Source: an uncultured Rhizobium sp. (GTDB lineage Bacteria > Pseudomonadota > Alphaproteobacteria > Rickettsiales > UBA1997). From it: a stretch of DNA of 64,000 bases. The position numbers and the translations under genes are program-made. The stretch spans positions 6,033 through 70,032 of the forward strand of contig CAYUHG010000001.1 in NCBI GenBank assembly GCA_964444545.1, read 5' to 3'. Below the pieces are notes generated by a model. The model made no database searches, was not told the DNA's origin, and saw nothing but the letters and a program-made list of their open reading frames with translations. Position 1 is the first letter of the stretch; each line of letters starts with the position of its first letter. Of the stretch, positions 8,847 through 18,043 are shown one piece after another.

Positions 8847-9572
8847 CTACCTTGAACTACCTTTAGAAAAAGTATTTTTTCCACCAATTTGTGATTCACG
8901 ACCAAAACGCCCATTAACAAAAGACTTGGTCTCATCATAAAGAATGCCACCTTCTGTAATTTCTCCTTTAACTCCACGCCTCTCTTGGAATTTTATAGTT
9001 ATGGGATTAGTGGTGCTAGCCTTACCAAATCCAGTTATTGAATAATCGCCATCAAATGCAGCTCCAAGATAGCCACCAATTTCTGTTTCAGGGGAAACAA
9101 TTTTGGGCAATTTTTTAAATTTTTCTTCAAAAAGTTTGACGAACTCAGTCAATAAAGAACCACCATCGATTTCACTTTTTTCCTTTAAAGACTTAAAAGT
9201 ATGTGATCGAAAATCGATTAATTTGCCATCGCAGAAAAAATCTTCTCTGTTGTTTGGGGAGAACTCAGCGGTGTGGCAACCTTCAAGAATAATTCTACCG
9301 CAAAAAGGCTTACTGCGAAAATCAGCTCTGCTAAAATCTTCATAAAATTTTTCAAAAATTTTTCGCGCCGTTTCGTTGCCTAACTCCATTTTTTTAGTAA
9401 ACATCGGATCGTTGCCGTGGCCAATTATATAAATATTGGTGTCGAAACGAATGTCTTTAGGATCTCTGATGATAGAAAAATATTTCCCCAATGTATCTAC
9501 GGTATTTTGGAGAGTTTTATCTCCTTCTTCTCTTTCAGAACCGACAACTATCAGAAAAGCTGATTTAATCAT
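8847..9572 (-). CDS. Hypothetical protein with a clan-CD-peptidase-like His-Gly / Gly-Cys dyad (function unproven)
   Basis: 241 aa with no signal peptide. Hydrophobic strand then His: NIYIIGHGN (H52). Hydrophobic strand then Cys: GRIILEGCH (C99). See findings. Confidence 0.45.
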   Translation of the reverse strand: MIKSAFLIVVGSEREEGDKTLQNTVDTLGKYFSIIRDPKDIRFDTNIYIIGHGNDPMFTKKMELGNETARKIFEKFYEDFSRADFRSKPFCGRIILEGCHTAEFSPNNREDFFCDGKLIDFRSHTFKSLKEKSEIDGGSLLTEFVKLFEEKFKKLPKIVSPETEIGGYLGAAFDGDYSITGFGKASTTNPITIKFQERRGVKGEITEGGILYDETKSFVNGRFGRESQIGGKNTFSKGSSR

Positions 9573-9580
9573 AACTATTT

Positions 9581-10498
9581 TTAGTGATTAGAATTGATTT
9601 TTACTCCAAGCAAAAATTCCTTAAGCGGCATTGGTTTTTTACCTTGGCGCTGTAAAATCAATGGCCTGATTGTGCCTTTACCACATTGGAATAAAAGCCT
9701 GTCGTCTAAAATTGTTCCGGCGGGTTTTGTGTTGGAATTTTTATCAACAATTTCAGCGGCGAAAATTTTAATTTTTTCACCATTATGCATAAAATGAGCT
9801 TCGAGAGAGCCATTTAAACCACGAATTTTACGTTCGATTTCTTCGGCTGATTTTGTCCAATCAATTTCACATTCTGATTTCTCAATTTTTTTAGCGTAAG
9901 TCATCAAATTGTTATCTTGTTTGACTGGAACAATGTTTCTATCACGTAAATTTTTTAAAGTTTTAACTAAAATTTCAGCGCCCATTTCTGATAATTTTTG
10001 CGCTAAAGTTTTGTAAGTTTCAGTTCCATCAAGTGTGAATTTTTCTTGATAAATCATGTCGCCACTATCCAAACCTTTATCCATTTGAATGATTGTGATG
10101 CCAGTTTCTGCATCACCTTCCATGATTGGACGCTGAATTGGTGCTGCTCCACGCCATCTTGGCAAAAGAGAAGGGTGAATATTTACACATCCCATTTTGG
10201 TGCCATCTAAAATTTCTTGCGGCAAAAGCAAACCGTAGGCAACCACAACTGCAACATCAGCTCCTAAATCAGTAAATTCTTTTTGTGCCTCTAAAGTTCG
10301 CAAAGTTTTTGGCGTAACTACTTTTAAATTGTGCTGCAAAGCTAAATTGTGAATCGGCGAATTTTGCAATTTATGACCACGTCCTGCAATTTGTGGTTCA
10401 CGCGTATAAACCGCGACAATTTCGAAATCAGGATCACTCAGCAATTTTTCCAAAGTAGGGCAAGAAAAATCAGGTGTTCCCATGAAGATAATTTTCAT
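9581..10498 (-). CDS. fmt: Methionyl-tRNA formyltransferase
   Basis: 305 aa. MKIIFMGTPDFS N-terminus, formyltransferase core NIHPSLLPRWRGAAPIQ, C-terminal Fmt domain. Confidence 0.9.
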   Translation of the reverse strand: MKIIFMGTPDFSCPTLEKLLSDPDFEIVAVYTREPQIAGRGHKLQNSPIHNLALQHNLKVVTPKTLRTLEAQKEFTDLGADVAVVVAYGLLLPQEILDGTKMGCVNIHPSLLPRWRGAAPIQRPIMEGDAETGITIIQMDKGLDSGDMIYQEKFTLDGTETYKTLAQKLSEMGAEILVKTLKNLRDRNIVPVKQDNNLMTYAKKIEKSECEIDWTKSAEEIERKIRGLNGSLEAHFMHNGEKIKIFAAEIVDKNSNTKPAGTILDDRLLFQCGKGTIRPLILQRQGKKPMPLKEFLLGVKINSNH

Positions 10499-10577
10499 GA
10501 ATTTTAGATTAAGGTTTAAGATTTATAGTTTAGATTAGACTAGATTAGATTGTTTAAATTCAAATTTTTAAAATCCC

Positions 10578-11072
10578 TTGAAAGTCAGAAAATTATTTTT
10601 GCTAGGAATAGCCATCGCTTTTGCCGTGGCTTTTTTCGATTTGCTGACCAAAAGACTAATCTTCGCAATTCTTGATAATATTGCCTTAACGACAGATGTC
10701 ACAAATCCCGAAATTGTGATTTTTGATTTTTTCAGTTTGGTAATGGTGTGGAATCGCGGTGTTAGTTTTGGTATGTTTAATCAAATTGGCAGTGCTCCCG
10801 TAATTTTGTCGCTGCTACAATTTTCTATCATGGTGATTGTTTTCGTTTGGCTCTATCGCAACGAAAAACCTCACTTTGCTTGGGCTCTTGGCTTAATTGC
10901 CGGCGGAGCTTTGGGAAATTTAAGTGATCGAATCAAAAATGGTGCAGTAGCAGATTTTTTAGATTTTCACATTGCATCCTATCATTGGCCAGCCTTTAAT
11001 TTGGCCGATTCAGCAGTGTTTATTGGCGTTGCGATTTTAGTTCTCGACGACCTTATTTTTAAAAAAAGATGA
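10578..11072 (+). CDS. lspA: Lipoprotein signal peptidase (signal peptidase II)
   Basis: 164 aa with 4 TM segments. Conserved WNRGVSFG and GGALGNLSDR, plus VADFLDF ... FNLAD. Confidence 0.85.
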   Translation: MKVRKLFLLGIAIAFAVAFFDLLTKRLIFAILDNIALTTDVTNPEIVIFDFFSLVMVWNRGVSFGMFNQIGSAPVILSLLQFSIMVIVFVWLYRNEKPHFAWALGLIAGGALGNLSDRIKNGAVADFLDFHIASYHWPAFNLADSAVFIGVAILVLDDLIFKKR

Positions 11073-11263
11073 AAAAGATTTTTTTACTTACATTCGTACT
11101 GTTGTTATCTTCTTGTTTGTCAAAAAAAGTTGATGATCCATTGATCGTGCCACCTAATTTTGCCGACATGCCAGATGTCAACAATCCCGAAAAACCATCT
11201 GAAGAACAGAGAGACGAAAGCGTTGCTCGTCTCAAAGATCTTCTTTTGAAAAGTGATGATTAA
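11069..11263 (+). CDS. Small lipoprotein (DUF3035-like position downstream of lspA)
   Basis: 64 aa with lipobox LLSSC. ATGA overlap with the lspA stop. Pro-rich mature part. Confidence 0.55.
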   Translation: MKKIFLLTFVLLLSSCLSKKVDDPLIVPPNFADMPDVNNPEKPSEEQRDESVARLKDLLLKSDD

Positions 11264-11293
11264 CCCTATTTACTAACCTTAATTTTTTGAAAA

Positions 11294-11650
11294 ATGTTAA
11301 ACCAACTTTTGATTTCTGACGCATTCGCTCAAGCCGCTGAAGCCGCTCCTACACAAGAATTCTCAATCACCAGCTTCGTGCCATTGATTCTGATTTTCGG
11401 TGTATTTTATTTTTTGATTATCCGTCCTCAAAGCAAAAAATTCAAAGATCATCAAGAATTGGTTAAAACTTTGAAAATCGGTAACAAAGTTGTGACAACT
11501 GGCGGCATTATTGGTGTTATTAAAGATATTAATGACAAAGAAGATTTGATTTCTCTCGAAATTTCTGAAGGTGTAACCATCAAGATCATCAGAAGTTATG
11601 TGGCTGATTTAGTTGGCAAAAAAGAGAAAGAAGAAAAAAAGAAAAAATAA
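11294..11650 (+). CDS. yajC: Preprotein translocase subunit YajC
   Basis: 118 aa. Single TM helix then RPQSKK...H and GDxVxTxGGIxGxI (IGNKVVTTGGIIGVI). Confidence 0.85.
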   Translation: MLNQLLISDAFAQAAEAAPTQEFSITSFVPLILIFGVFYFLIIRPQSKKFKDHQELVKTLKIGNKVVTTGGIIGVIKDINDKEDLISLEISEGVTIKIIRSYVADLVGKKEKEEKKKK

Positions 11651-11655
11651 CAAAC

Positions 11656-11739
11656 TGTCATTCTGAGCGAAGCGAAAATATCTCTAAGCTAAGCTCAGAA
11701 ATCGACTCAAGAGATCCTTCGCTAACGTTCAGGATGACA
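11656..11739. repeat. Hairpin repeat family 1, copy 2 (decayed arms)
   Basis: TGTCATTCTGAGCGAAGCGAAAATATCTCT ... AGAGATCCTTCGCTAACGTTCAGGATGACA, with several arm mismatches. Lies between yajC and secD. Confidence 0.7.
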
Positions 11740-11757
11740 AAAATTAACAATTGAAAT

Positions 11758-13305
11758 ATGCTTAATTTCTCCAAACTAAAAATTTTCACAATTTTAGCTG
11801 TATGTGTGCTAGCTTTTATCTACGCTGCTCCATCCTTCTTGCCACAAAGCCAAGATTCAGCTGTATCGAAAATTCTACCAAATCAGAAAGTTAACCTTGG
11901 TCTTGATTTACGAGGCGGTTCACAGCTTATGTTGGAAGTTGATTCTGAATACTACATCAGAGAACAACTCAATAATTTAAAGGAAGAAATTAAAGCAAAT
12001 TTCAGAGATGCATCTGTACGCAGCGTTCCTTCAGTTATCGGTAACAAAATTGTTTTTTCTTTAAGTGATGATGAACAAAAAAAGGCCGCTAAAAAAATTA
12101 TCAAAAAATTAAGTGGTCGTGTTGATATTTCAGAAAACTCAGGCGAATTCGAAGTTTATTTCTCGACAGAAGAAAATTTGCTGATGCAGCAAAATTTAAT
12201 CAAACAATCGATCGAGATTGTTCGTAAAAGAATCGATGAAAGCGGTACTAAAGAACCAGCAATTCAGGCTCAAGGATCAAACCGAATTTTATTACAAGTT
12301 CCCGGAGTGGAAAACTCAGAAGAGATCAAAACAATCTTGGGAAAAACCGCTAAAATGACTTTTCATCACGTTTCAGAAAAAAGTTTTACTGGTGAATCTG
12401 GTGCTGGCGAAACAGATTTAGAAAGACTCTATGACTATCAAGGCCGCTCATATTTAATCAAAAAAGAAGTAGTTTTAAGTGGCGATTTATTGATCGATGC
12501 TTCGGCAACTTATCATGAAGGACAACCAGCTGTAGCCTTCCGTTTTAATGATGTTGGAACCAGAAAATTCGCTCAAATTACTAAAGAAAATATCGGCAGA
12601 TTTTTTGCGATTGTTTTGGATGGAAAAATTATCACCGCACCAAGAATTAATACCGTGATCAACCAAGGTTCTGGGGTTATCTCGGGAAATTTCACTGTTG
12701 CCGAAGCTAATCAAGTAGCTCTTCTACTTCGTGCTGGTGCTCTTCCAGCTCCATTAAAGGTTATCGAAGAAAGAACAGTTGGTCCATCACTTGGATTGGA
12801 TTCAATTAAAAGCGGTAGTATTGCTGCCATTGCTGGGCTTGCGTTCGTCGCGATCTTTATGATGTTTTTTTATGGCTTCTTCGGATTCGTTGCCAATGTC
12901 GCGATGGTTATCAACATTATCTCAATCATGGCAATTTTGTCGATTTTGGGTGCAACATTAACTTTACCGGGAATTGCTGGTATTGTTTTGACAATGGGTA
13001 TGTCGGTTGACTCAAACGTTCTGATTTTTGAAAGAATTAAAGAAGAACTCCGTGCTAAAAAAACTATCCTTGCTTCAGTTGAGCAAGGTTTCTCTCAAGC
13101 TTTCCGTACGATTGTTGATGCTAATATCACAACTTTAATCGTGGCATTTTTCCTCTACGTTTTTGGAAATGGTCCGGTGAAAGGCTTCGCTGTTACACTT
13201 TCAATCGGTATCATTTCTTCAATGTTTGCTGCAATTCTTCTTACCAGAATGATGATTGCTTTGTGGATCAAACATGTGAGACCAAAAAAATTAAATTTGA
13301 TTTAG
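11758..13305 (+). CDS. secD: Protein translocase subunit SecD
   Basis: 515 aa. N-terminal TM helix, large periplasmic domain (LGLDLRGG...), C-terminal six-TM SecD/F domain. secF is not adjacent. Confidence 0.9.
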   Translation: MLNFSKLKIFTILAVCVLAFIYAAPSFLPQSQDSAVSKILPNQKVNLGLDLRGGSQLMLEVDSEYYIREQLNNLKEEIKANFRDASVRSVPSVIGNKIVFSLSDDEQKKAAKKIIKKLSGRVDISENSGEFEVYFSTEENLLMQQNLIKQSIEIVRKRIDESGTKEPAIQAQGSNRILLQVPGVENSEEIKTILGKTAKMTFHHVSEKSFTGESGAGETDLERLYDYQGRSYLIKKEVVLSGDLLIDASATYHEGQPAVAFRFNDVGTRKFAQITKENIGRFFAIVLDGKIITAPRINTVINQGSGVISGNFTVAEANQVALLLRAGALPAPLKVIEERTVGPSLGLDSIKSGSIAAIAGLAFVAIFMMFFYGFFGFVANVAMVINIISIMAILSILGATLTLPGIAGIVLTMGMSVDSNVLIFERIKEELRAKKTILASVEQGFSQAFRTIVDANITTLIVAFFLYVFGNGPVKGFAVTLSIGIISSMFAAILLTRMMIALWIKHVRPKKLNLI

Positions 13306-13317
13306 GGGATTTAGAGT

Positions 13318-15495
13318 TTGTTTTTTTCTCGCCGACTTTCATTCATTGCGATTTTTCTAAGCTCGGCCCTTGCAGATCTTAATGCCTACGCCGCATTTCA
13401 AAAACCCACTTCTAAAGATAAACAATCTTTGCCTTCGGTTTTGAAAGCTGACGATGTTGAAGGTGATCAGATAACTAACCTGATGAAGGCAACAGGAAAT
13501 GTTGAATTGCGTCGCGACAATAGTACAGTTTATGCCGATCAGATGATTTACGATAAAAACAGCGGCTGGGTTAGGGCGATTGGCAATATCAAAATTAAAA
13601 ATATCGAAATCGGCAACGTCGTAGCAACTGATGCCAAAATTAAAGATGATTTTTCCAGCGGCGTTTTTTCTAACAGCAAAATGGTAATGATTGACGGTTC
13701 TTATTTGGTTTCCCCAGAAATAGAACGTCAAACACCAGAAGTTACAATTTTGAAATCTTCGACTTATTCGATTTGTCCAAATCCAGAAATCGCTTCAGAT
13801 AATTCTTTGGCAGGTAAAGATCGCGACATGGTTTCAATAAAATCACAAACTACTACAATTGATCGCGGACAGCAAAATTTTAAAGTGAAGCACGGCATCG
13901 TAAGATTGTACAACGTTCCGATTCTCTACACACCTTATTTGAAATCAGCTTTTCCATCAAAAGAACGCCAAACTGGTTTCTTACCACCATCTTATATTCG
14001 TAATAAATTTGGTTTTGGTGTTCAAACTCCTTTTTACGTAAATATCGCTCCTAACAAGGAATTAACGATTACACCTTACATTAACCCAGGCCAAAATCTT
14101 TATATAATTAAGAACGAATTTCATCACTTAACTTCTTACGGCGATTACAAAATCATCCCTGAGATTGCCAATAACAACATCATTTATTCAAACGATACGA
14201 CTACAATCAGCCGTTCAAAAAGTGAATATCGTTGGAACTTAAGAGGTGAAGGTATTTTCGATTTCACGCACAATACTGGAATGGATTTTATCTTAAATGA
14301 TGTTTACGACCGTGACTATCTTCGCGACTATCACAATAACTACATCGGCTATACAATGTCGAAGGTTAACGTCGATTACATTTATCGTCGCGATTATTAC
14401 GCTGTTAAAACCATTAAATTCCAAGAATTAGAAAATCCAGTCACTGAAGAATCTGCACCAACAATATTGCCGATGATTGATTCTCACATCGAAACCAAAC
14501 CAATGGCTTGGAAAGAAAAATTTTCTCTTACTTCTAACACAGCAGCGATCACCAGGAAAGACGGGCTGCACTATCGTCGTGCTACAGCAATTCCAGAAGT
14601 TAATTTACCGCTAAATCTCAACGGTAACTTGTTTAGCTTTAACGCCAAAGTTCAAACCGATTTTTATTCTTTAGATAATAATTCCAGCGGCACAACTCCA
14701 ACTAATTATTACGACTCAACAGCAGTAAATTATAAACCTGGAGCCTCCATTAACTGGTCATTGCCACTAATTAAAAGAACCGGCTCGAACGCTTTTATGA
14801 TTGAGCCGATGGCCAACATCGTAACTAGTACTTTCAAAAAAAATTACACCGGTATTCCTAATGAAGATAGCAACGATTCGGAATTAACGGTAAATAACTT
14901 GTTCTTGAATGACCGTATTGCCGGTTTTGATCGCAACGAAGCTGGAACCAGAACTAGCTACGGTGCTAAAAGTTCGTTCTTTAATAAATATGGTGAATAT
15001 GGCTTAACTTTAGGTCAGAGTTTTAGAATCAAAAACCAAACTCAAGATGTGGCAATTCGTGGTTTTAATGATAACAACAAATCAAACATTGTTGGTTTAA
15101 TGTCTTACAAAGCGATTAAACATTTTAATATTTCTTACGCTTTTCAACTTAATGAGTCGAACTATCAAAACGAAGTTAACGAAGTTCTAGCTTCAGTTAA
15201 TTATGATCGTTTTACCTTCTCAACCAACTATCTTTTGCTTTTGCAAAATTCTCAGAATTCAACAAAAAGAGAGCAGCTATCTTTTTCTTCACTTGTAAAA
15301 GTTACCGAAAAAACTTCGATAAACTACACCACCAGCAAAGACATGGTAACCGGACGTATTTTGAATCGAGGATTAATATTCAACTATAACGGATGCTGTA
15401 CAATATTTAGCTTTACAGTCACGCAAAATAACCAAAGTAATTTGACCAAACCTTCAAATTCTTTCAGCTTTAACTTGTCCTTTAAGAACTTGTAA
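13318..15495 (+). CDS. lptD: LPS-assembly outer-membrane protein LptD (OstA)
   Basis: 725 aa with a signal peptide. OstA-like N-terminal domain (ADDVEGDQ...ATGNVELRRDNSTVYADQMIYD), then a large beta-barrel rich in Tyr, Asn and Ser. Confidence 0.8.
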   Translation: MFFSRRLSFIAIFLSSALADLNAYAAFQKPTSKDKQSLPSVLKADDVEGDQITNLMKATGNVELRRDNSTVYADQMIYDKNSGWVRAIGNIKIKNIEIGNVVATDAKIKDDFSSGVFSNSKMVMIDGSYLVSPEIERQTPEVTILKSSTYSICPNPEIASDNSLAGKDRDMVSIKSQTTTIDRGQQNFKVKHGIVRLYNVPILYTPYLKSAFPSKERQTGFLPPSYIRNKFGFGVQTPFYVNIAPNKELTITPYINPGQNLYIIKNEFHHLTSYGDYKIIPEIANNNIIYSNDTTTISRSKSEYRWNLRGEGIFDFTHNTGMDFILNDVYDRDYLRDYHNNYIGYTMSKVNVDYIYRRDYYAVKTIKFQELENPVTEESAPTILPMIDSHIETKPMAWKEKFSLTSNTAAITRKDGLHYRRATAIPEVNLPLNLNGNLFSFNAKVQTDFYSLDNNSSGTTPTNYYDSTAVNYKPGASINWSLPLIKRTGSNAFMIEPMANIVTSTFKKNYTGIPNEDSNDSELTVNNLFLNDRIAGFDRNEAGTRTSYGAKSSFFNKYGEYGLTLGQSFRIKNQTQDVAIRGFNDNNKSNIVGLMSYKAIKHFNISYAFQLNESNYQNEVNEVLASVNYDRFTFSTNYLLLLQNSQNSTKREQLSFSSLVKVTEKTSINYTTSKDMVTGRILNRGLIFNYNGCCTIFSFTVTQNNQSNLTKPSNSFSFNLSFKNL

Positions 15496-15549
15496 AAGCG
15501 GTTTCAAAGATTATTTATTTAACCCACTTACCAACTAATTTTAAAAAAA

Positions 15550-15867
15550 ATGGCACACGAACTTACCGACAATAATTTTACAAAAAATGTCCTCGAATCT
15601 AAAGGCGTAACTTTAGTTGATTTTTGGGCACCTTGGTGCGGACCTTGCCGTCAGCTTTCTCCAATCGTTGAAGAATTAGCTAACGACATGGCAGGAAAAA
15701 TGGATGTCTACAAATGCAACATCGATGAAAATCCTGAAACTCCTTCAAAATATGCCGTTCGTGGCATTCCAACTTTGATGATTTTCAAAGAAGGAAAGTT
15801 AATCGACACTAAAGTTGGCGCACTTTCAAAAGCTGCTCTTTACGAATGGGTAAAAAATAATTTGTAA
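15550..15867 (+). CDS. trxA: Thioredoxin
   Basis: 105 aa with active site WAPWCGPC and the GIPTL cis-Pro loop. Confidence 0.9.
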   Translation: MAHELTDNNFTKNVLESKGVTLVDFWAPWCGPCRQLSPIVEELANDMAGKMDVYKCNIDENPETPSKYAVRGIPTLMIFKEGKLIDTKVGALSKAALYEWVKNNL

Positions 15868-15868
15868 A

Positions 15869-16804
15869 ATGAGTGATAAAAAATCTTCGGGCAACTCGCC
15901 CGAAGAAATTCTTCTGCAAAATTTCTATCACCATAAAAACTCTCTTCTTCAGCAAGTTTCTTCTCACTTCTTTGGTGAAACTTCTCTCATCTGCAAAATC
16001 GGTATCGAGCTAGAATTTTATCTCACTAACTCAGATCAATCACAAATTTCTCAGAATCAAATTGTCGAAAATTTCATCGCTGATTTGACTAAACAAATTC
16101 CACAAAATTCAACAATTTACCAAATCGAAAAAGAGCAGGGACAAGGTCAAATTGAAGTTAAAACTGCTTTCAATTCTGATTTATTAAAAGTCTGCCGCGA
16201 TATTTTGGAGATCAAATCTTTGGCAAAAGATTTAGCACAGCAAAAAAATCTAGTCGCTTCTTTCGCCGCTCAACCTTTTGTGCATGATTGCGGCAGCGCG
16301 TTACAATTTAATATTTCGCTGCACGATAAAGATGATAACAATATTTTATTTTCTGACGAAAAATTTTTAGCTAAAGTCGCCTCTTCTTTGTTAGAAATGA
16401 CTGATGCAATGATGATTTTTTTAGCACCGCATTCACAAGATTATGTCAGATTTTCTCACGAGATAAACCGCAATTTATTTAAGAAAGGAAAGTTCATCGC
16501 CCCAACAAATCTGAGCTTTGGCGCTGATAATCGCACTTGCGCAATCCGTATTCCTGCTAAATCACAACGCTTAGAATATCGCGTCGCTGCCGCAAATTGC
16601 GAAATCACTCTTGCCATGTCCGCAATTTTGTTAGCCATTTTATCGGGAATCAAAAACGAGATAAATCCACAAAAACAAATTCACGGCAATGCTTTTGATG
16701 AGCAGTATAAAATGAAGGATTTTTGTCAGAGTTTTGATGAAGCGAAGGAAAAATTTTTTGCGGAAGGTAATTTTCTTCGTCTAAAATTAGGGAACTTCTT
16801 GTAG
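15869..16804 (+). CDS. Glutamine-synthetase catalytic-domain protein, lacking the N-terminal beta-grasp domain
   Basis: 311 aa with GS-like motifs GIELEFYL, GQGQIEV, and NRTCAIRIP...RLEYRVAAANCEITLAMSAIL. About 160 aa shorter than canonical GlnA. Confidence 0.6.
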   Translation: MSDKKSSGNSPEEILLQNFYHHKNSLLQQVSSHFFGETSLICKIGIELEFYLTNSDQSQISQNQIVENFIADLTKQIPQNSTIYQIEKEQGQGQIEVKTAFNSDLLKVCRDILEIKSLAKDLAQQKNLVASFAAQPFVHDCGSALQFNISLHDKDDNNILFSDEKFLAKVASSLLEMTDAMMIFLAPHSQDYVRFSHEINRNLFKKGKFIAPTNLSFGADNRTCAIRIPAKSQRLEYRVAAANCEITLAMSAILLAILSGIKNEINPQKQIHGNAFDEQYKMKDFCQSFDEAKEKFFAEGNFLRLKLGNFL

Positions 16805-16839
16805 AAAAAGAACCAGATTGCCGTTTCGCTATCCGGTTC

Positions 16840-17958
16840 TTATTTCTTTCTCATCTTATCAACCACGTTGATTGGCAATAAAATATAATATTGTCCTTGT
16901 GCTGAAGTATAAGAAGCACGTTCTTCAGCATCATTTCCATGACCGAAGAATATATCGCCACGAACTACACCTTTGATTGCCGCTCCGGTATCCTGAGCAA
17001 TAAAAAGATGCTGATATTGCTCTTTCACTCCACCTTTCTTTCTTAAAGTTGTATCAAGCCAAAGCGGAAATCCGTAAGAAAATACATCATTATCAATTGC
17101 CATTGAGCGCTCTGGAGTAAGCGGAGCACCTTGAGCACCAACAACATATTCACCATCAGAATTTTTGAAGAAAATATAAGCCGGATTGACATTCATCACT
17201 TCTTCAGCTTTGTCAGGATTTTTTTTGAGCCACTCTTTAATGCTTTCGGCATTAGTTTCGCTGCGGCTGATATATTTTTTCTCAAGCATGTAGCTAGTAA
17301 TACCGAGGAAAGGCTGATTATTTCTCGCAGCAAAAGTTACGCGAGCAATTGTGTTATCTGGCAAGTTAATGCGTCCTGATCCTTGAATATGCATGAAAAA
17401 TAATTCTGCGGCGTCATCAACGTAGAATAATTCCAAACCACGATTTTTCAGAGCACCTTTCGAAATTTCTTCGCGAGTTAAATAAGGCTCAGAAGTCAGA
17501 TCTCTTGGCTTGGCATAAATCGGATATTTGTATTTTTCCGTTTTGACTCTACTGCCTTTAAGATCAGCTTCGTAATATCCGGTGAAAGTTCCTTTGCTAT
17601 TTCCTGATTTGTCTGAAACCAAAAATACTTTAAACCAATTTTCGAAAAAATTACGCGCTTGTTTGGCGCTCATAGTTTTAACGATTTGCGCAATTTCACA
17701 AACATCACGAAAATCACCGACGGTAATATCACCAATTTGGCCACCAATCACACGGTTCTGCGCCATTTTAGAGAATTTATTACAAGATTGCACAAAAGCC
17801 AAAAGTGCCTTTTTTTGATCATCTTCTTGCCAACCATCAAGTGCCATGAAGTCAACTTGTTCAAGTCTGACGTTACCTTTACCTTTAATAGTTATTTTTT
17901 CGTAGATGAAACATCCCGACAAAATAACTAATAATAAAATAGGCAAAATTCTGCGCAT
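16840..17958 (-). CDS. mltA: Membrane-bound lytic murein transglycosylase A
   Basis: 372 aa with lipobox LSGC. MltA domain, then a 3D domain (SMAIDNDVFSYGFPLWLD ... FIAQDTGAAIKG..RGDIFFG). Confidence 0.85.
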   Translation of the reverse strand: MRRILPILLLVILSGCFIYEKITIKGKGNVRLEQVDFMALDGWQEDDQKKALLAFVQSCNKFSKMAQNRVIGGQIGDITVGDFRDVCEIAQIVKTMSAKQARNFFENWFKVFLVSDKSGNSKGTFTGYYEADLKGSRVKTEKYKYPIYAKPRDLTSEPYLTREEISKGALKNRGLELFYVDDAAELFFMHIQGSGRINLPDNTIARVTFAARNNQPFLGITSYMLEKKYISRSETNAESIKEWLKKNPDKAEEVMNVNPAYIFFKNSDGEYVVGAQGAPLTPERSMAIDNDVFSYGFPLWLDTTLRKKGGVKEQYQHLFIAQDTGAAIKGVVRGDIFFGHGNDAEERASYTSAQGQYYILLPINVVDKMRKK

Positions 17959-17969
17959 AAAAAATTTTC

Positions 17970-17994
17970 GATTTAAGATTTACGATTTAAGATC
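17970..17994 (-). promoter_or_regulatory. Recurrent upstream motif (two copies of AAATCTTAAATC-like on the mltA strand)
   Basis: Plus strand reads GATTTAAGATTTACGATTTAAGATC, 11 nt from the mltA start codon. The same word occurs upstream of ychF, argD, asd and the mnhE-like gene. Confidence 0.35.
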
Positions 17995-18031
17995 ATTCTC
18001 CAATTGGTTCGAATCTAGAATCCGAATTTTT

Positions 18032-18043
18032 AAATCTTAAATC
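18032..18043 (+). promoter_or_regulatory. Recurrent upstream motif AAATCTTAAATC
   Basis: Ends 9 nt upstream of the ychF ATG, in inverted orientation relative to the copies next to mltA. Confidence 0.35.

Noticed and set aside
8726-8977. 83-aa ORF overlapping the 3' end of the 241-aa gene
   Set aside because: It is an alternative frame of the same strand that overlaps the longer ORF, with no motif or start context in its favour.
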